64,000 nucleotides of DNA. Origin: Candidatus Bathyarchaeota archaeon. GTDB lineage: Archaea > Thermoproteota > Bathyarchaeia > Hecatellales > Hecatellaceae. Below the pieces are notes generated by a model that worked only from the letters and a program-made list of their open reading frames with translations, ran no database searches and was not told where the DNA came from. Shown here in pieces: positions 1 to 9,037 of the stretch (positions are counted from its first letter, which is position 1; each line of letters starts with the position of its first letter). The stretch spans positions 128,001-192,000 of the forward strand of contig JBQPWD010000002.1 of the NCBI GenBank assembly GCA_052246995.1, in the 5' to 3' direction. The translations under genes were made by a program, and so were the position numbers.

Positions 1-402
1 GAGGTTGAAGGTTTAGAGGTTGATCAAGTTTTTCTTGGATCTTGTACTAACGGTAGACTTGAAGATTTAGAAATCGCGGCAAAAATATTAAAAGGTAAAA
101 AAATAAGCAAAAAAACAAGGATGATAGTTGTTCCAGCCTCAAGAAGAGTGTATCTTGAAGCATTAAAAAAAGGTTTACTGGAGATTTTTGTTGAAGCTGG
201 GTGCACTGTTTGTAACCCTGGTTGTGGTCCGTGCGTCGGAACCCATCAAGGTGTTCCAGCTGAGGGGGAGGTTGTACTTTCAACATCCAACCGAAACTTT
301 GTTGGAAGAATGGGTTGTGATAAAGCAGACATATACCTTTGCTCTCCAATGACTGCTGCAGCATCAGCTATAAAAGGCAAAATTGTGGAATATAAAGTAT
401 AA
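1..402 (+). CDS. leuC: 3-isopropylmalate dehydratase/homoaconitase large subunit, C-terminal part (truncated by window edge)
   Basis: Frame is open from base 1 ([23 protein letters not shown]...). Aconitase-family Fe-S motifs GSCTN and PGCGPC, plus [12 protein letters not shown]. LeuC and HacA cannot be separated by eye. Confidence 0.85.
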   Translation, partial: EVEGLEVDQVFLGSCTNGRLEDLEIAAKILKGKKISKKTRMIVVPASRRVYLEALKKGLLEIFVEAGCTVCNPGCGPCVGTHQGVPAEGEVVLSTSNRNFVGRMGCDKADIYLCSPMTAAASAIKGKIVEYKV

Positions 403-411
403 TAATCCAGT

Positions 412-930
412 ATGCGTGAAGCTTGTATGAAGTTTAAAGGTAAAGCTTGGAAATTTGGTGATGATGTAAATACTGATGTAATAATTCCTGGAAAATATAA
501 ATTTAAAACCTTAGATATGAAGGAGCTTGCCAAACATGCAATGGAGGGAATTGATCCTAGTTTTTCAAAAAAGGTTAATGTAGGAGACATTATTGTTGCA
601 GGTAAAAATTTTGGCTGCGGTTCAAGCCGTGAACAGGCACCAAGAGTATTAAAGGAGTTAGGAATCTCAACAATAATAGCAGAGTCTTTTGCAAGAATAT
701 TCTTCAGAAATGCTATAAACATAGGGCTGCCTCTAATAGAATGTAAAGATGCTAGTAGAGAGATTGTTGAAGGAGATGTTGTTGAGGTGAACTTGGAAGA
801 AGGGTTAATAGTCAACCATAAAACTGGCAAAAGTTACAAATTTAAACCTATCCCAAAACCTTTACTTGCTATTCTAAATAGTGGTGGGCTCATCAACTAC
901 TTTAAAAATTTCGGAGATTACCAATTTTAA
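412..930 (+). CDS. leuD: 3-isopropylmalate dehydratase/homoaconitase small subunit
   Basis: GDDVNTDVIIP, NFGCGSSREQA and SFARIFFRNAINIGLP motifs; follows the large subunit. Start may be ATG 427. Confidence 0.85.
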   Translation: MREACMKFKGKAWKFGDDVNTDVIIPGKYKFKTLDMKELAKHAMEGIDPSFSKKVNVGDIIVAGKNFGCGSSREQAPRVLKELGISTIIAESFARIFFRNAINIGLPLIECKDASREIVEGDVVEVNLEEGLIVNHKTGKSYKFKPIPKPLLAILNSGGLINYFKNFGDYQF

Positions 931-1002
931 CCGGATGTAATAAAATTAATCTATATGTTAATGTATTTTTATTATCCTAAATAAGGGATGGTGTTTTAGT
1001 TA

Positions 1003-2172
1003 TTGGTGGAAAAAGTTGTACTTGCATACTCTGGAGGCCTTGACACGTCAGTTATGGTTAAATGGTTAAATGAACATTACAACTTTGAAGTTATAACTTT
1101 AACGGTTGATGTTGGTCAAAAAGAGGATTTAAAAGTTATTGAGCAAAAAGCAATAAACTCAGGGGCAGTAAAGCATTACACCATAGATGCAAAAAAAGAG
1201 TTTGTGGAGCGATTTATCTTTCCAGCAATTAAGGCTAATGCCCTTTATGAGGGGAAATATCCTTTAAGTAGTGCTCTTTCAAGACCATTAATAGCTGAAA
1301 AACTTGTTGAAGTTGCAAGAAAAGAAGGAGCTTCTGCTGTCGCTCACGGTTGTACTGGTCGAGGAAATGACCAAGTTAGGTTTGAAGTTACAATTGAATC
1401 ATTAGCTCCTGATTTAAAAATTATTGCTCCTGTACGTGAATGGAGGTTATCAAGGGAAGAGGAAGTTGAGTATGCAAAAAAACATGGAATACCTTTAACA
1501 CTAAAAACTCATCCATACAGCATCGACCAGAATCTTTGGGGTAGGTCTATAGAGTGCGGCCCTCTTGACAATCCTAGCGAAGAACCTCCACCAGAAGTTT
1601 TTGAGTTAACAACTTCACCAGAAGAGGCCCCTAATATTTCAGAATACATTACGTTAACATTTGAAAACGGTATCCCAGTGGCTATTAATGGTAACCGTCT
1701 TGACCCAATTACCCTAATAGATCAGTTAAACATTCTTGCTGGAAAACATGGAGTAGGTAGAATAGACCATGTTGAAGATAGAGTTGTCGGAATAAAATCT
1801 AGAGAAGTTTACGAGTGCCCTGCAGCCTTATGCTTAATTGAGGCTCATAAAGATTTGGAAAAACTTGTCTTAACTAGGCATGAACTAGCCTTCAAACAGT
1901 ATGTTGATGCTGAATGGACTTGGCTTGTTTACTCAGGTTTATGGATGGATCCGTTAAGAGAAGATTTAGAAGTATTTATAGATAAGACGCAGCAACGTGT
2001 ATCGGGAGATGTTAAGCTTAAACTTTTTAAGGGCAGTATGACAATTGTTGGAAGATCGTCTCCATACGCACTTTGTAAGAAAACAGAATATGAACAATCC
2101 ATCGCGTACGGGTTTATTAGACTCTGGGGATTGCAAACAAGGTTCTCAAGACTTACCTTTAGTAAGGATTAA
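1003..2172 (+). CDS. argG: argininosuccinate synthase
   Basis: LAYSGGLDTS, AHGCTGRGNDQVRF, SIDQNLWGRSIE, GIKSREVYE. Confidence 0.97.
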   Translation: MVEKVVLAYSGGLDTSVMVKWLNEHYNFEVITLTVDVGQKEDLKVIEQKAINSGAVKHYTIDAKKEFVERFIFPAIKANALYEGKYPLSSALSRPLIAEKLVEVARKEGASAVAHGCTGRGNDQVRFEVTIESLAPDLKIIAPVREWRLSREEEVEYAKKHGIPLTLKTHPYSIDQNLWGRSIECGPLDNPSEEPPPEVFELTTSPEEAPNISEYITLTFENGIPVAINGNRLDPITLIDQLNILAGKHGVGRIDHVEDRVVGIKSREVYECPAALCLIEAHKDLEKLVLTRHELAFKQYVDAEWTWLVYSGLWMDPLREDLEVFIDKTQQRVSGDVKLKLFKGSMTIVGRSSPYALCKKTEYEQSIAYGFIRLWGLQTRFSRLTFSKD

Positions 2173-2198
2173 ATTAAGGAAAGATTTTTGAATATTTT

Positions 2199-2576
2199 AT
2201 GAGACGTCTGAGTTCGAGAGAACTTAAGCGGATTATAGGTAAATTCGGGGTAAATGCTAAGGAAGTTGAGGATGTTAAAGAAGTTATCCTAAAAACGTCA
2301 ACAAAAGAGGTAATCATTCAAAACCCTGTTGTTACATTGTTTGAGTTTCAAGGTCAAAAAATCTTTCAGATTTTCGGTGAGAAAATAGAAGAAAAAATAA
2401 TTTCAAAAGAACTTGAGTTGTTAAAGGAAGATGAAAAAATTTCAGATGAAGATGTTTTGCTTGTAGCTCAACAGGCAAATGTAGATTTTGAGGAAGCTAA
2501 AGCGGCCTTAAAAGAGTGTAAAGGAGACCTTGCTCAAGCAATTTTAATGTTAGCATCCAAGAAGAAAACGGGTTAA
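2199..2576 (+). CDS. nac: archaeal nascent polypeptide-associated complex protein
   Basis: NAC domain plus C-terminal UBA (EDVLLVAQQANV...GDLAQAIL). Confidence 0.92.
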   Translation: MRRLSSRELKRIIGKFGVNAKEVEDVKEVILKTSTKEVIIQNPVVTLFEFQGQKIFQIFGEKIEEKIISKELELLKEDEKISDEDVLLVAQQANVDFEEAKAALKECKGDLAQAILMLASKKKTG

Positions 2577-3229
2577 ACTACAACCGCTTTTTGTACTTCA
2601 TGAATCTTTTTAATTCGCTTTAATCTAAAGAAATCTTCTCTTGTTCTCTCCTCAAGTTGCATTTGAATATACCTTACTGTGTTTTCCAATCTAGGAATTA
2701 TAACCTTCTCAAGCGCATTAACCCTTCTTTTTGTCATAATAATTACTTCTGCAAGCCTTTTTACAGCTGTTTCAACCTCAGCTAATTCCACCATAAGTTT
2801 AATAGCCTCCTCCATACCTCTTATAGCATCATCAACGGCAGCAGATGTTTCGTGAACATCATACCACCAACCTTTTTCAGGTTTGTCTTTAACATAAACT
2901 TCAAAGATCGGAATAGATACTCCTATAATATTCCTAATTTTTTCATCTACTTCAAAACGTTCAGGCATAGAATAAGCTAACTCATAAATTTTATCCGAGC
3001 CTACAGACAATCTAGCCTTAATAAATTTTTTGTACGTCTCAATTAAAACCACTTCTAACCTTTTACGAGTTTTTTCAAACTTTCCAACAGCATCAAAAAA
3101 ATGCATAAGAAGAGCATCTCTTTTTTCGACAAGTAAGTCATGACCTCTACGCGCAATTTGGACTCTTCTTTTAAGTTTAAGCATCTCAGCCCTTGTTGCA
3201 TGAACCCCTGCAACAATTTCCCTTGACAA
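2573..3229 (-). CDS. atpD: A/V-type ATP synthase subunit D
   Basis: TRAEMLKLKRR...RGHDLLVEKRDAL and TKRRVNALEKVIIP...LEERTREDFFRLK. Confidence 0.95.
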   Translation of the reverse strand: MSREIVAGVHATRAEMLKLKRRVQIARRGHDLLVEKRDALLMHFFDAVGKFEKTRKRLEVVLIETYKKFIKARLSVGSDKIYELAYSMPERFEVDEKIRNIIGVSIPIFEVYVKDKPEKGWWYDVHETSAAVDDAIRGMEEAIKLMVELAEVETAVKRLAEVIIMTKRRVNALEKVIIPRLENTVRYIQMQLEERTREDFFRLKRIKKIHEVQKAVVV

Positions 3230-3346
3230 TTCTTCCCGCCTACTATTTTTAAAACTCCGAATTAAATTTTTTTATACTTTACCCTATTTAAAAATATTTG
3301 GCTTTATCTAATATTCCAAAAATTGGAGAGATGTACAGTTTAAAGC

Positions 3347-3766
3347 TTAATCCGGAATATCCTGTTTGCTAATAAAACGCCACTCTTTCATTAAAACCTC
3401 GTAAAGAGAATCCTCTTCCTCTATAATTTCATATTTTCCTAGGACTTCTGCAAGTTTTTGAGCTATTATATGATAACATGAAAAAATATCGCTACTTAAA
3501 ACCCTAAAGTAAAAGTCATCACAACTACAGTAACCAATAAGCGGAATAACTTCATAATCTCTCTCTTTGCCAACAACAATCCACACAACTCTTCCGCTAG
3601 GTCTAAAAACATATTTTTTAACAGCTTTTTCATCTAAAGCTTTTAAAGCATTTTTAAAACGTTTACCGAAAACCCTGTAAAGTTTCAGTTTTTCGTTTTC
3701 ACTTAATTCTCCAGTCTTTCTTACATTTTCACAAACTTCTTCTATAAGTTTCTCTTCCTCATGCAT
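3347..3766 (-). CDS. SWIM-type zinc-finger protein
   Basis: YCSCDDF...CYHIIA (CxC-xn-CxH). ATG 3766 is preferred to the 3892 start, which overlaps the divergent gene. Confidence 0.8.
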   Translation of the reverse strand: MHEEEKLIEEVCENVRKTGELSENEKLKLYRVFGKRFKNALKALDEKAVKKYVFRPSGRVVWIVVGKERDYEVIPLIGYCSCDDFYFRVLSSDIFSCYHIIAQKLAEVLGKYEIIEEEDSLYEVLMKEWRFISKQDIPD

Positions 3767-3824
3767 CTTCTTATCTAAATAATTGTTATAGGTTAGTTTA
3801 GAAATATTTTTAACGGGTATTATT

Positions 3825-4670
3825 TTGCTAATAAAACCGTATACTCCATGGCCTATCTTATTAATAGAAGAAGGTGAAGAAAAAAATATCATCTTAAGCG
3901 ATATTCATCTAGGGTATGAACTTGAACTTGTAAAATCAGGAATAAATATTCCACCTCAAACTGAAAGATTTAAGGAAACGTTGCTTAAAGTGATTGAAGA
4001 AATTAAACCTTATAGGCTGATAATCCTTGGAGACTTGAAACATGTAATACCAACAATTTCATCTAAGGAATTAGTAGATGTTTCGAGTTTTCTTAGAGAA
4101 TTTGAAAAAAGTGTTGAGACAATCTTACTAATTCCTGGAAACCATGATGGAAAAATATCCTACCTCTCCTCACCAAAAATTGCTATAAGCTCCGCCAGAG
4201 GAACAACTATTGGAAAAAAAGAAAAAATAGGGCTTTTTCATGGCCATACATGGCCAACCCCAAAGCTTTTTGAGGCAAAACTATGGATTATGGGACATAA
4301 CCACCCAACAATCCAGTTTAAGGGCGCCTTTGGTTTTAAAATTTCTAAAACAGTATGGATTAAAGCCCCAATAGATGTTGAGAGGCTAGTAAGCTCTTTT
4401 TTAAGGCATAGAGGAATTACTATTGAAAAAAATCAACTTCCTAGCCAACTTTTAGCTGAAAGATACAATGTTCACGCTAAATGCTCTGAGTTGATAATTG
4501 TTCCAGCATTCAACGACCTTCTTGGAGGAGTGCCGTTTAACATTAAATCAAAGGATGAACTTTTAGGACCTGTTATTAGGTCTAATGGTGTACTTTTGGA
4601 TAAGGCTGAAATTTTTCTTTTAGATGGAACCTATCTAGGGACTATTAGAGAACTGGAAAAAGTTTCATAA
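3825..4670 (+). CDS. calcineurin-like metallophosphoesterase (ICC/MJ0037-like)
   Basis: SDIHLG, GDLKH, GNHD, HGH, GHNHP and PAFN motifs. Confidence 0.88.
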   Translation: MLIKPYTPWPILLIEEGEEKNIILSDIHLGYELELVKSGINIPPQTERFKETLLKVIEEIKPYRLIILGDLKHVIPTISSKELVDVSSFLREFEKSVETILLIPGNHDGKISYLSSPKIAISSARGTTIGKKEKIGLFHGHTWPTPKLFEAKLWIMGHNHPTIQFKGAFGFKISKTVWIKAPIDVERLVSSFLRHRGITIEKNQLPSQLLAERYNVHAKCSELIIVPAFNDLLGGVPFNIKSKDELLGPVIRSNGVLLDKAEIFLLDGTYLGTIRELEKVS

Positions 4671-4753
4671 CGTGGGAAACCGTAACTTTTACTTTAAAAA
4701 TTAAAATAACAAAAGATATAAATCCCCACCCGATAATTTAAGAATGGTTTAAG

Positions 4754-6145
4754 ATGGTGGAAGAATCACCAGATGTAATCATAGTCGGAGCTGGTCCTGC
4801 AGGATTATTTGCAGCGCTAGAAATTACGGAAAAGAGCTCATTAAAAGTTCTCATCATTGACAAAGGAGATAAACCATTAAATCGTGTATGTCCTGAGCAA
4901 AATTATCGTGGATGTACAAAATGCTCTCCTTGTAACGTTCTTTGCGGTATAGGAGGTGCTGGAACTCTCTCAAGTGGGCGGTTAAATCTTAGACCTGATA
5001 TTGGTGGAAACTTGTTTGAATTAACTGGTAGTACAGAAAAAGCTTGGGACCTTATCAAAAAGGTAGATGAAATTTTCCTAAAATACGGTTGTCCAAATAC
5101 ACTATATGAACCTAGTAGTGTAGAAGCTGAAGAATTAGAAAGAAAAGCTGCCGCGGTTGGAGCAAAATTTATTCCAACACCTCAAAGAGAAATAGGAACA
5201 GATAACGCCCCAAAACTTCTTCAAAATTTTATGGAAGATTTAGAAACAAAAAATGTTAAGTTTTTGTTAAAAACAAACGTTTCCCACATAGATAAAGGCT
5301 TTATTACTCTGGAAGACGGTAAAAAAATAAAATCCAAGCATATTATTGTTGCTCCAGGAAGAAGCGGGCAAAACTGGCTTGCTGAAGAAGCAAAAAGGCT
5401 TGGAATCCCAACAAAACATGAGCCAATTGACATTGGTGTTAGAGTGGAAGTCCCAGCAATAGTTATGGAGCCGGTTACCTGTATAAATAAGGATCCAAAG
5501 TTTCATATTTATACAAAAAAATACGACGACCTTGTACGTACTTTTTGTGTAAACCATAGAGGATTTGTATGCTTAGAAGTTTATGATAAAAATCTTGTAG
5601 GTGTAAATGGACATTGTATGAATAGTTTAAAATCTCAAAATACAAATTTCGCCTTTCTCGTGAGAATAAGCTTAACAGAACCACTAGAGGATACTTCTGT
5701 ATACGGTCGCACAATTGCAGCTCAAACAACCCTACTTGGTGGAGGAAAACCGATAGTTCAAAGACTTGGTGATTTAGAAAAAGGTAGAAGGTCAACATGG
5801 AAAAGAATTGAGAATGGAAACATCAAACCGACGTTAAAAACAGTAACACCAGGAGACATTGCTATGGCCATGCCTCACCGCATCATAACTGACATCATTG
5901 AAGGCTTATATAAGCTGGATAACGTTATACCTGGAGTGGCATCTACCTCAACTTTACTATATGCACCAGAGGTTAAATTTTCAGCAAACCGAATTTACAC
6001 TAACAGCAACCTGGAAACCACAATAGAAAACTTATTTGTAGCAGGAGACGGTGCAGGTCTCTCAAGAGGGATTGTAATAGCTGCAGCTACAGGAATTATA
6101 GCTGCACAAGGTATTCTGAAAAAGGAGAAGATTATTCCCGCCTAA
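4754..6145 (+). CDS. FAD-dependent oxidoreductase (COG2509-like)
   Basis: GAGPAG Rossmann motif, Cys cluster CxxCxPC, IGVRVE, VRTFC, VNGH, AGDGAGLSRG. Confidence 0.85.
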   Translation: MVEESPDVIIVGAGPAGLFAALEITEKSSLKVLIIDKGDKPLNRVCPEQNYRGCTKCSPCNVLCGIGGAGTLSSGRLNLRPDIGGNLFELTGSTEKAWDLIKKVDEIFLKYGCPNTLYEPSSVEAEELERKAAAVGAKFIPTPQREIGTDNAPKLLQNFMEDLETKNVKFLLKTNVSHIDKGFITLEDGKKIKSKHIIVAPGRSGQNWLAEEAKRLGIPTKHEPIDIGVRVEVPAIVMEPVTCINKDPKFHIYTKKYDDLVRTFCVNHRGFVCLEVYDKNLVGVNGHCMNSLKSQNTNFAFLVRISLTEPLEDTSVYGRTIAAQTTLLGGGKPIVQRLGDLEKGRRSTWKRIENGNIKPTLKTVTPGDIAMAMPHRIITDIIEGLYKLDNVIPGVASTSTLLYAPEVKFSANRIYTNSNLETTIENLFVAGDGAGLSRGIVIAAATGIIAAQGILKKEKIIPA

Positions 6146-6180
6146 AAACAAGCTGACAAAAAGAAAGTTTCAATCCGAAA

Positions 6181-6747
6181 ATGTTTATGGAATTAGATGT
6201 CAACTTTGTTGTTACAGCCTTCCTTATAATTGTTCCAGCTTATATGGCAAACAGCTTTGCGCTTTTACTTGGCGGTGGAAAGCCTCTAGATATGGGAAAA
6301 AACTTTATTGATGGTAAAAGAATCTTTGGTGAAGGAAAAACTCTTAATGGTGCTATATTTGGAACAATTTTTGGATTTTTAGGTTATCTTATTGAGCTTA
6401 TGTTGCTAAGCAGAATCACGTTTCCCACATCATTTTACATACAATCAAAAATTTACTACTTCATTTTATTCGGTTTTCTTATTGCTGCTGGTGCGGTTGT
6501 TGGAGATTTGGTTGGGGCCTTCATAAAGAGAAGGGTTGGGTTGCCAAGAGGCGCACCAGCCCCTATTCTCGACCAGCTAGATTTTATATCTTTTTCACTT
6601 TTGCTAGCCTACCTATTCAACATCTTCTTTGATCTGGTTACAATAGACATTTACTTAGTTTTTACCATCCTTATTTCAACATTCATAGCTCATAGAGTTG
6701 GATGCTACATTGCGTATAAAACTGGTAAGAAAAAAGAGCCTTGGTGA
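6181..6747 (+). CDS. carS: CDP-archaeol synthase
   Basis: PAYMAN, PLDMGKNFIDGKRIFGEGKT, GDLVGAFIKRR, LDQLDF, C-terminal KKEPW; hydrophobic. Confidence 0.93.
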   Translation: MFMELDVNFVVTAFLIIVPAYMANSFALLLGGGKPLDMGKNFIDGKRIFGEGKTLNGAIFGTIFGFLGYLIELMLLSRITFPTSFYIQSKIYYFILFGFLIAAGAVVGDLVGAFIKRRVGLPRGAPAPILDQLDFISFSLLLAYLFNIFFDLVTIDIYLVFTILISTFIAHRVGCYIAYKTGKKKEPW

Positions 6748-7064
6748 GGTTTGCTTGATTTATTTTTTTAAATTTAAAACTCGACTTTTATAAAGTTTTT
6801 AAATATAAATGTTCAAAAAGAAAAATTTACAAGAAAACACAATTTTAAGTATCTTTTACAAAAATATAAAAAAAGCTTTATCAAAATGCCGTATAACAAA
6901 CATATTTTTTAAATGTAATTGTTAAAAAAATGTTTTTCGAAAAAAGAATTAAAAAATTAAGAGCAAAATTTAAATTGAACCTGTATAAAAATCCTTTTTC
7001 AAGAAAAAATTTTAATAAATTGGTGTAAAATAAAAAACTAGTATTTGGAGGTTCAAAGTTAAGG

Positions 7065-7655
7065 TTGGGGAACAATACAAGTCGTAAGACATTTCTTCCA
7101 AGAAAATTCTTTACTGTAAGCGCCTCAGCAACAAGTAACATCTCTCCATTAAACGCGTTTGATGCAGCTTTGATGAAAGCAGGCATTGCTCAATGCAATC
7201 TTGTTTGTGTTTCATCTATTCTTCCACAAGATGCCGAATACATTGAGAAATATGAAATTACGCCGGGAACTATAACATTCTGTGTTTTGGCGAGAATGGA
7301 TGGAAACCCAGGTGAAACAATAGGTGCGGGTATTGGCTGGGGATGGGGTGTTGATGCAAATGGAAGGAAATATGGAATCGTGGCGGAGGCACATGGATAT
7401 AAGGATAAGGAAGCCATTGAAAAAGAACTTAAGTGGAAACTACAGGAAATGGCAAAAATTAGGGGAATGGAGTTATCATCAGTAAACATAAAAAGCGAGC
7501 ATTTTCAAGTCCCTAAAGGAAAATACGGAAGTGTTATTGTATCCTTGGTATATGTTCCATGGGATACTGAAGAGAATGAAAAAACTAGCCAAGAAGAGAT
7601 GGTAAAACAAGAAATCATAACTCAACAAGTAAAAGAAGAAATGACACTACAATAA
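7065..7655 (+). CDS. pdaD: pyruvoyl-dependent arginine decarboxylase
   Basis: LNAFDAALMKAGIAQCNLVCVSSILP with the Ser-Ser self-cleavage site; GIVAE. Confidence 0.9.
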   Translation: MGNNTSRKTFLPRKFFTVSASATSNISPLNAFDAALMKAGIAQCNLVCVSSILPQDAEYIEKYEITPGTITFCVLARMDGNPGETIGAGIGWGWGVDANGRKYGIVAEAHGYKDKEAIEKELKWKLQEMAKIRGMELSSVNIKSEHFQVPKGKYGSVIVSLVYVPWDTEENEKTSQEEMVKQEIITQQVKEEMTLQ

Positions 7656-7668
7656 CTCGTAAATACAC

Positions 7669-7713
7669 CATCCAATTTTTTGGAGGATTACCAAGTCTCC
7701 AATTTTTTGGATG
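7669..7713. repeat. tandem pair of TCCAATTTTTTGGA motifs forming a 45-bp imperfect inverted repeat
   Basis: Identical 14-mers at 7671-7684 and 7698-7711. CATCCAA...TTGGATG and TTGGAG...CTCCAA pair. Further copies at 10870-10883 and, 1 nt shorter on the minus strand, 3315-3327. Confidence 0.8.
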
Positions 7714-7846
7714 TTGGAAAAACATCTTCTAAAAGTGGGGAAAAAGAGGTACCCCTTAGTGTAAAAAATCTTGGAAACTTAGGGTTTTTTCTCCATGTTT
7801 TGTTATTTTGGTTAATTATGTATTACTATAACAACTTTTTCAACAA

Positions 7847-7880
7847 TTTTCTTTATATAACTTAGATTATATAAAGAAAA
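7847..7880. other. candidate tyrosine-recombinase core site (dif/loxP-like)
   Basis: TTTTCTTTATATAA-CTTAGA-TTATATAAAGAAAA: perfect 14-bp inverted arms with a 6-bp asymmetric spacer, 31 bp upstream of the recombinase ATG. The repeat is certain; the function is inferred. Confidence 0.7.
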
Positions 7881-7881
7881 A

Positions 7882-7893
7882 TCTTTATATAAC
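7882..7893 (+). promoter_or_regulatory. TATA box of the recombinase gene, coinciding with a third half-site
   Basis: TCTTTATATAAC repeats 7850-7861. TTTATATA (7884-7891) starts 28 bp before ATG 7912, consistent with a leaderless transcript. Confidence 0.6.
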
Positions 7894-7911
7894 CTTGAGA
7901 AATAGAGTCTT

Positions 7912-8973
7912 ATGCAGGAAGACTTCTCTAACTTTGAATCTGTCGCCAGATGGATAAGTAACTTTCCAGATAGACCAAACACGAAGAAGAATTATCTTAT
8001 TAGATTTAAAAAGTTTATTGATTGGATAGGAAAAAATCCTGATGACCTTATTGCTGAAGCAAAGAAAAATCCCCTAAAAATTCATAATAAAATAAAAGAA
8101 TACTATAATTTTTTAATAAAGAAAGGTTTTAGCTCTAAGACAGCTATCCTCTCCTATAATTGTTTAAGGTCCTTTTTCAAATGGAACGATATATTTTTAG
8201 GACCAACCCCCCGAGGATTTAAAGGTAGGGTTGAATATGAATCTTCCCATATTTTAACACCTGAAGAGATTGCAAAAATGGTTGATGTATGTAATAACAT
8301 GCGAGATAGATGTGTGATAACTTTTTTAGCTCAATCAGGACAACGTAGTGGGGTTTTAACGGCTCTTAGATATGGGCATGTTAAATCTGGGTTAGAAAGA
8401 GGAGAGACACCATTAATAATTGAAGTTCCAGCTGTTTTAAGAAATATTAATGGTGTAAATGTAAACAAGCTTGGAGAAAGCTATAGGTTTGCTGTTGGAA
8501 ATGATAGTATTACATGTCTTAAAATGATGCTCAAGGAGAGAATTGAGAGCGGAGAAGTTATTGATAAGGATAGTTGGCTTTTTAGAAGTTATTCAAAAGT
8601 TAAAGTTGAAAAAAGTGGGAAAAAAAGGCCTATTAGAGCATCAAAGAGTGAAAGAGGTTTTCCTTTAACAACAGTAGCTATACGTGAAATAATTAATAAG
8701 TCTGCTTTAAAAGCAGGAATTCAGGGAAAAGCTTCAGACAAAAGGTATGAGGTTCATCCGCATATTTTCAGGAGATATTGGAATATGAGAATGCAGGAAG
8801 CAGGATTAAGTGAAGATCTAAGGGATTTTATGCTTGGACATAAGTTACCTTATGGTGGAGCGTACAGCAAATGGTATCCTGATGCTATTAAAAGAGTATG
8901 GATTTCAAAAAATGTTGAAAAATATATTGCAATTCCATCAAAAACAATCTACGCGTATTCTGGACTACTTTAA
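7912..8973 (+). CDS. tyrosine recombinase/site-specific integrase
   Basis: N-terminal core-binding helices. RDR...SGQRSG (catalytic R), HPHIFRR (HxxR), MLGH...GAY (H/Y). The catalytic set looks intact. Confidence 0.93.
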   Translation: MQEDFSNFESVARWISNFPDRPNTKKNYLIRFKKFIDWIGKNPDDLIAEAKKNPLKIHNKIKEYYNFLIKKGFSSKTAILSYNCLRSFFKWNDIFLGPTPRGFKGRVEYESSHILTPEEIAKMVDVCNNMRDRCVITFLAQSGQRSGVLTALRYGHVKSGLERGETPLIIEVPAVLRNINGVNVNKLGESYRFAVGNDSITCLKMMLKERIESGEVIDKDSWLFRSYSKVKVEKSGKKRPIRASKSERGFPLTTVAIREIINKSALKAGIQGKASDKRYEVHPHIFRRYWNMRMQEAGLSEDLRDFMLGHKLPYGGAYSKWYPDAIKRVWISKNVEKYIAIPSKTIYAYSGLL

Positions 8974-9037
8974 CTTCAAAAAACTTTTATAGACGAACTT
9001 CCAATTTTATAAATTCTGCTAGCTGAGGGAGAAGATT

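Noticed and set aside
7669-7713. CRISPR mini-array
   Set aside because: Only two 14-bp units with a 13-bp spacer, far below CRISPR dimensions, and no cas genes.
7680-7865. 61-aa ORF from the track
   Set aside because: It runs through the repeat motifs and the dif-like site, has low-complexity composition and no SD; probably not coding.
6748-7911. Replication origin (ORB elements plus unwinding element)
   Set aside because: The TCCAA motifs lack the typical ORB form with a G-string, and no orc1/cdc6 or WhiP gene is in the window.
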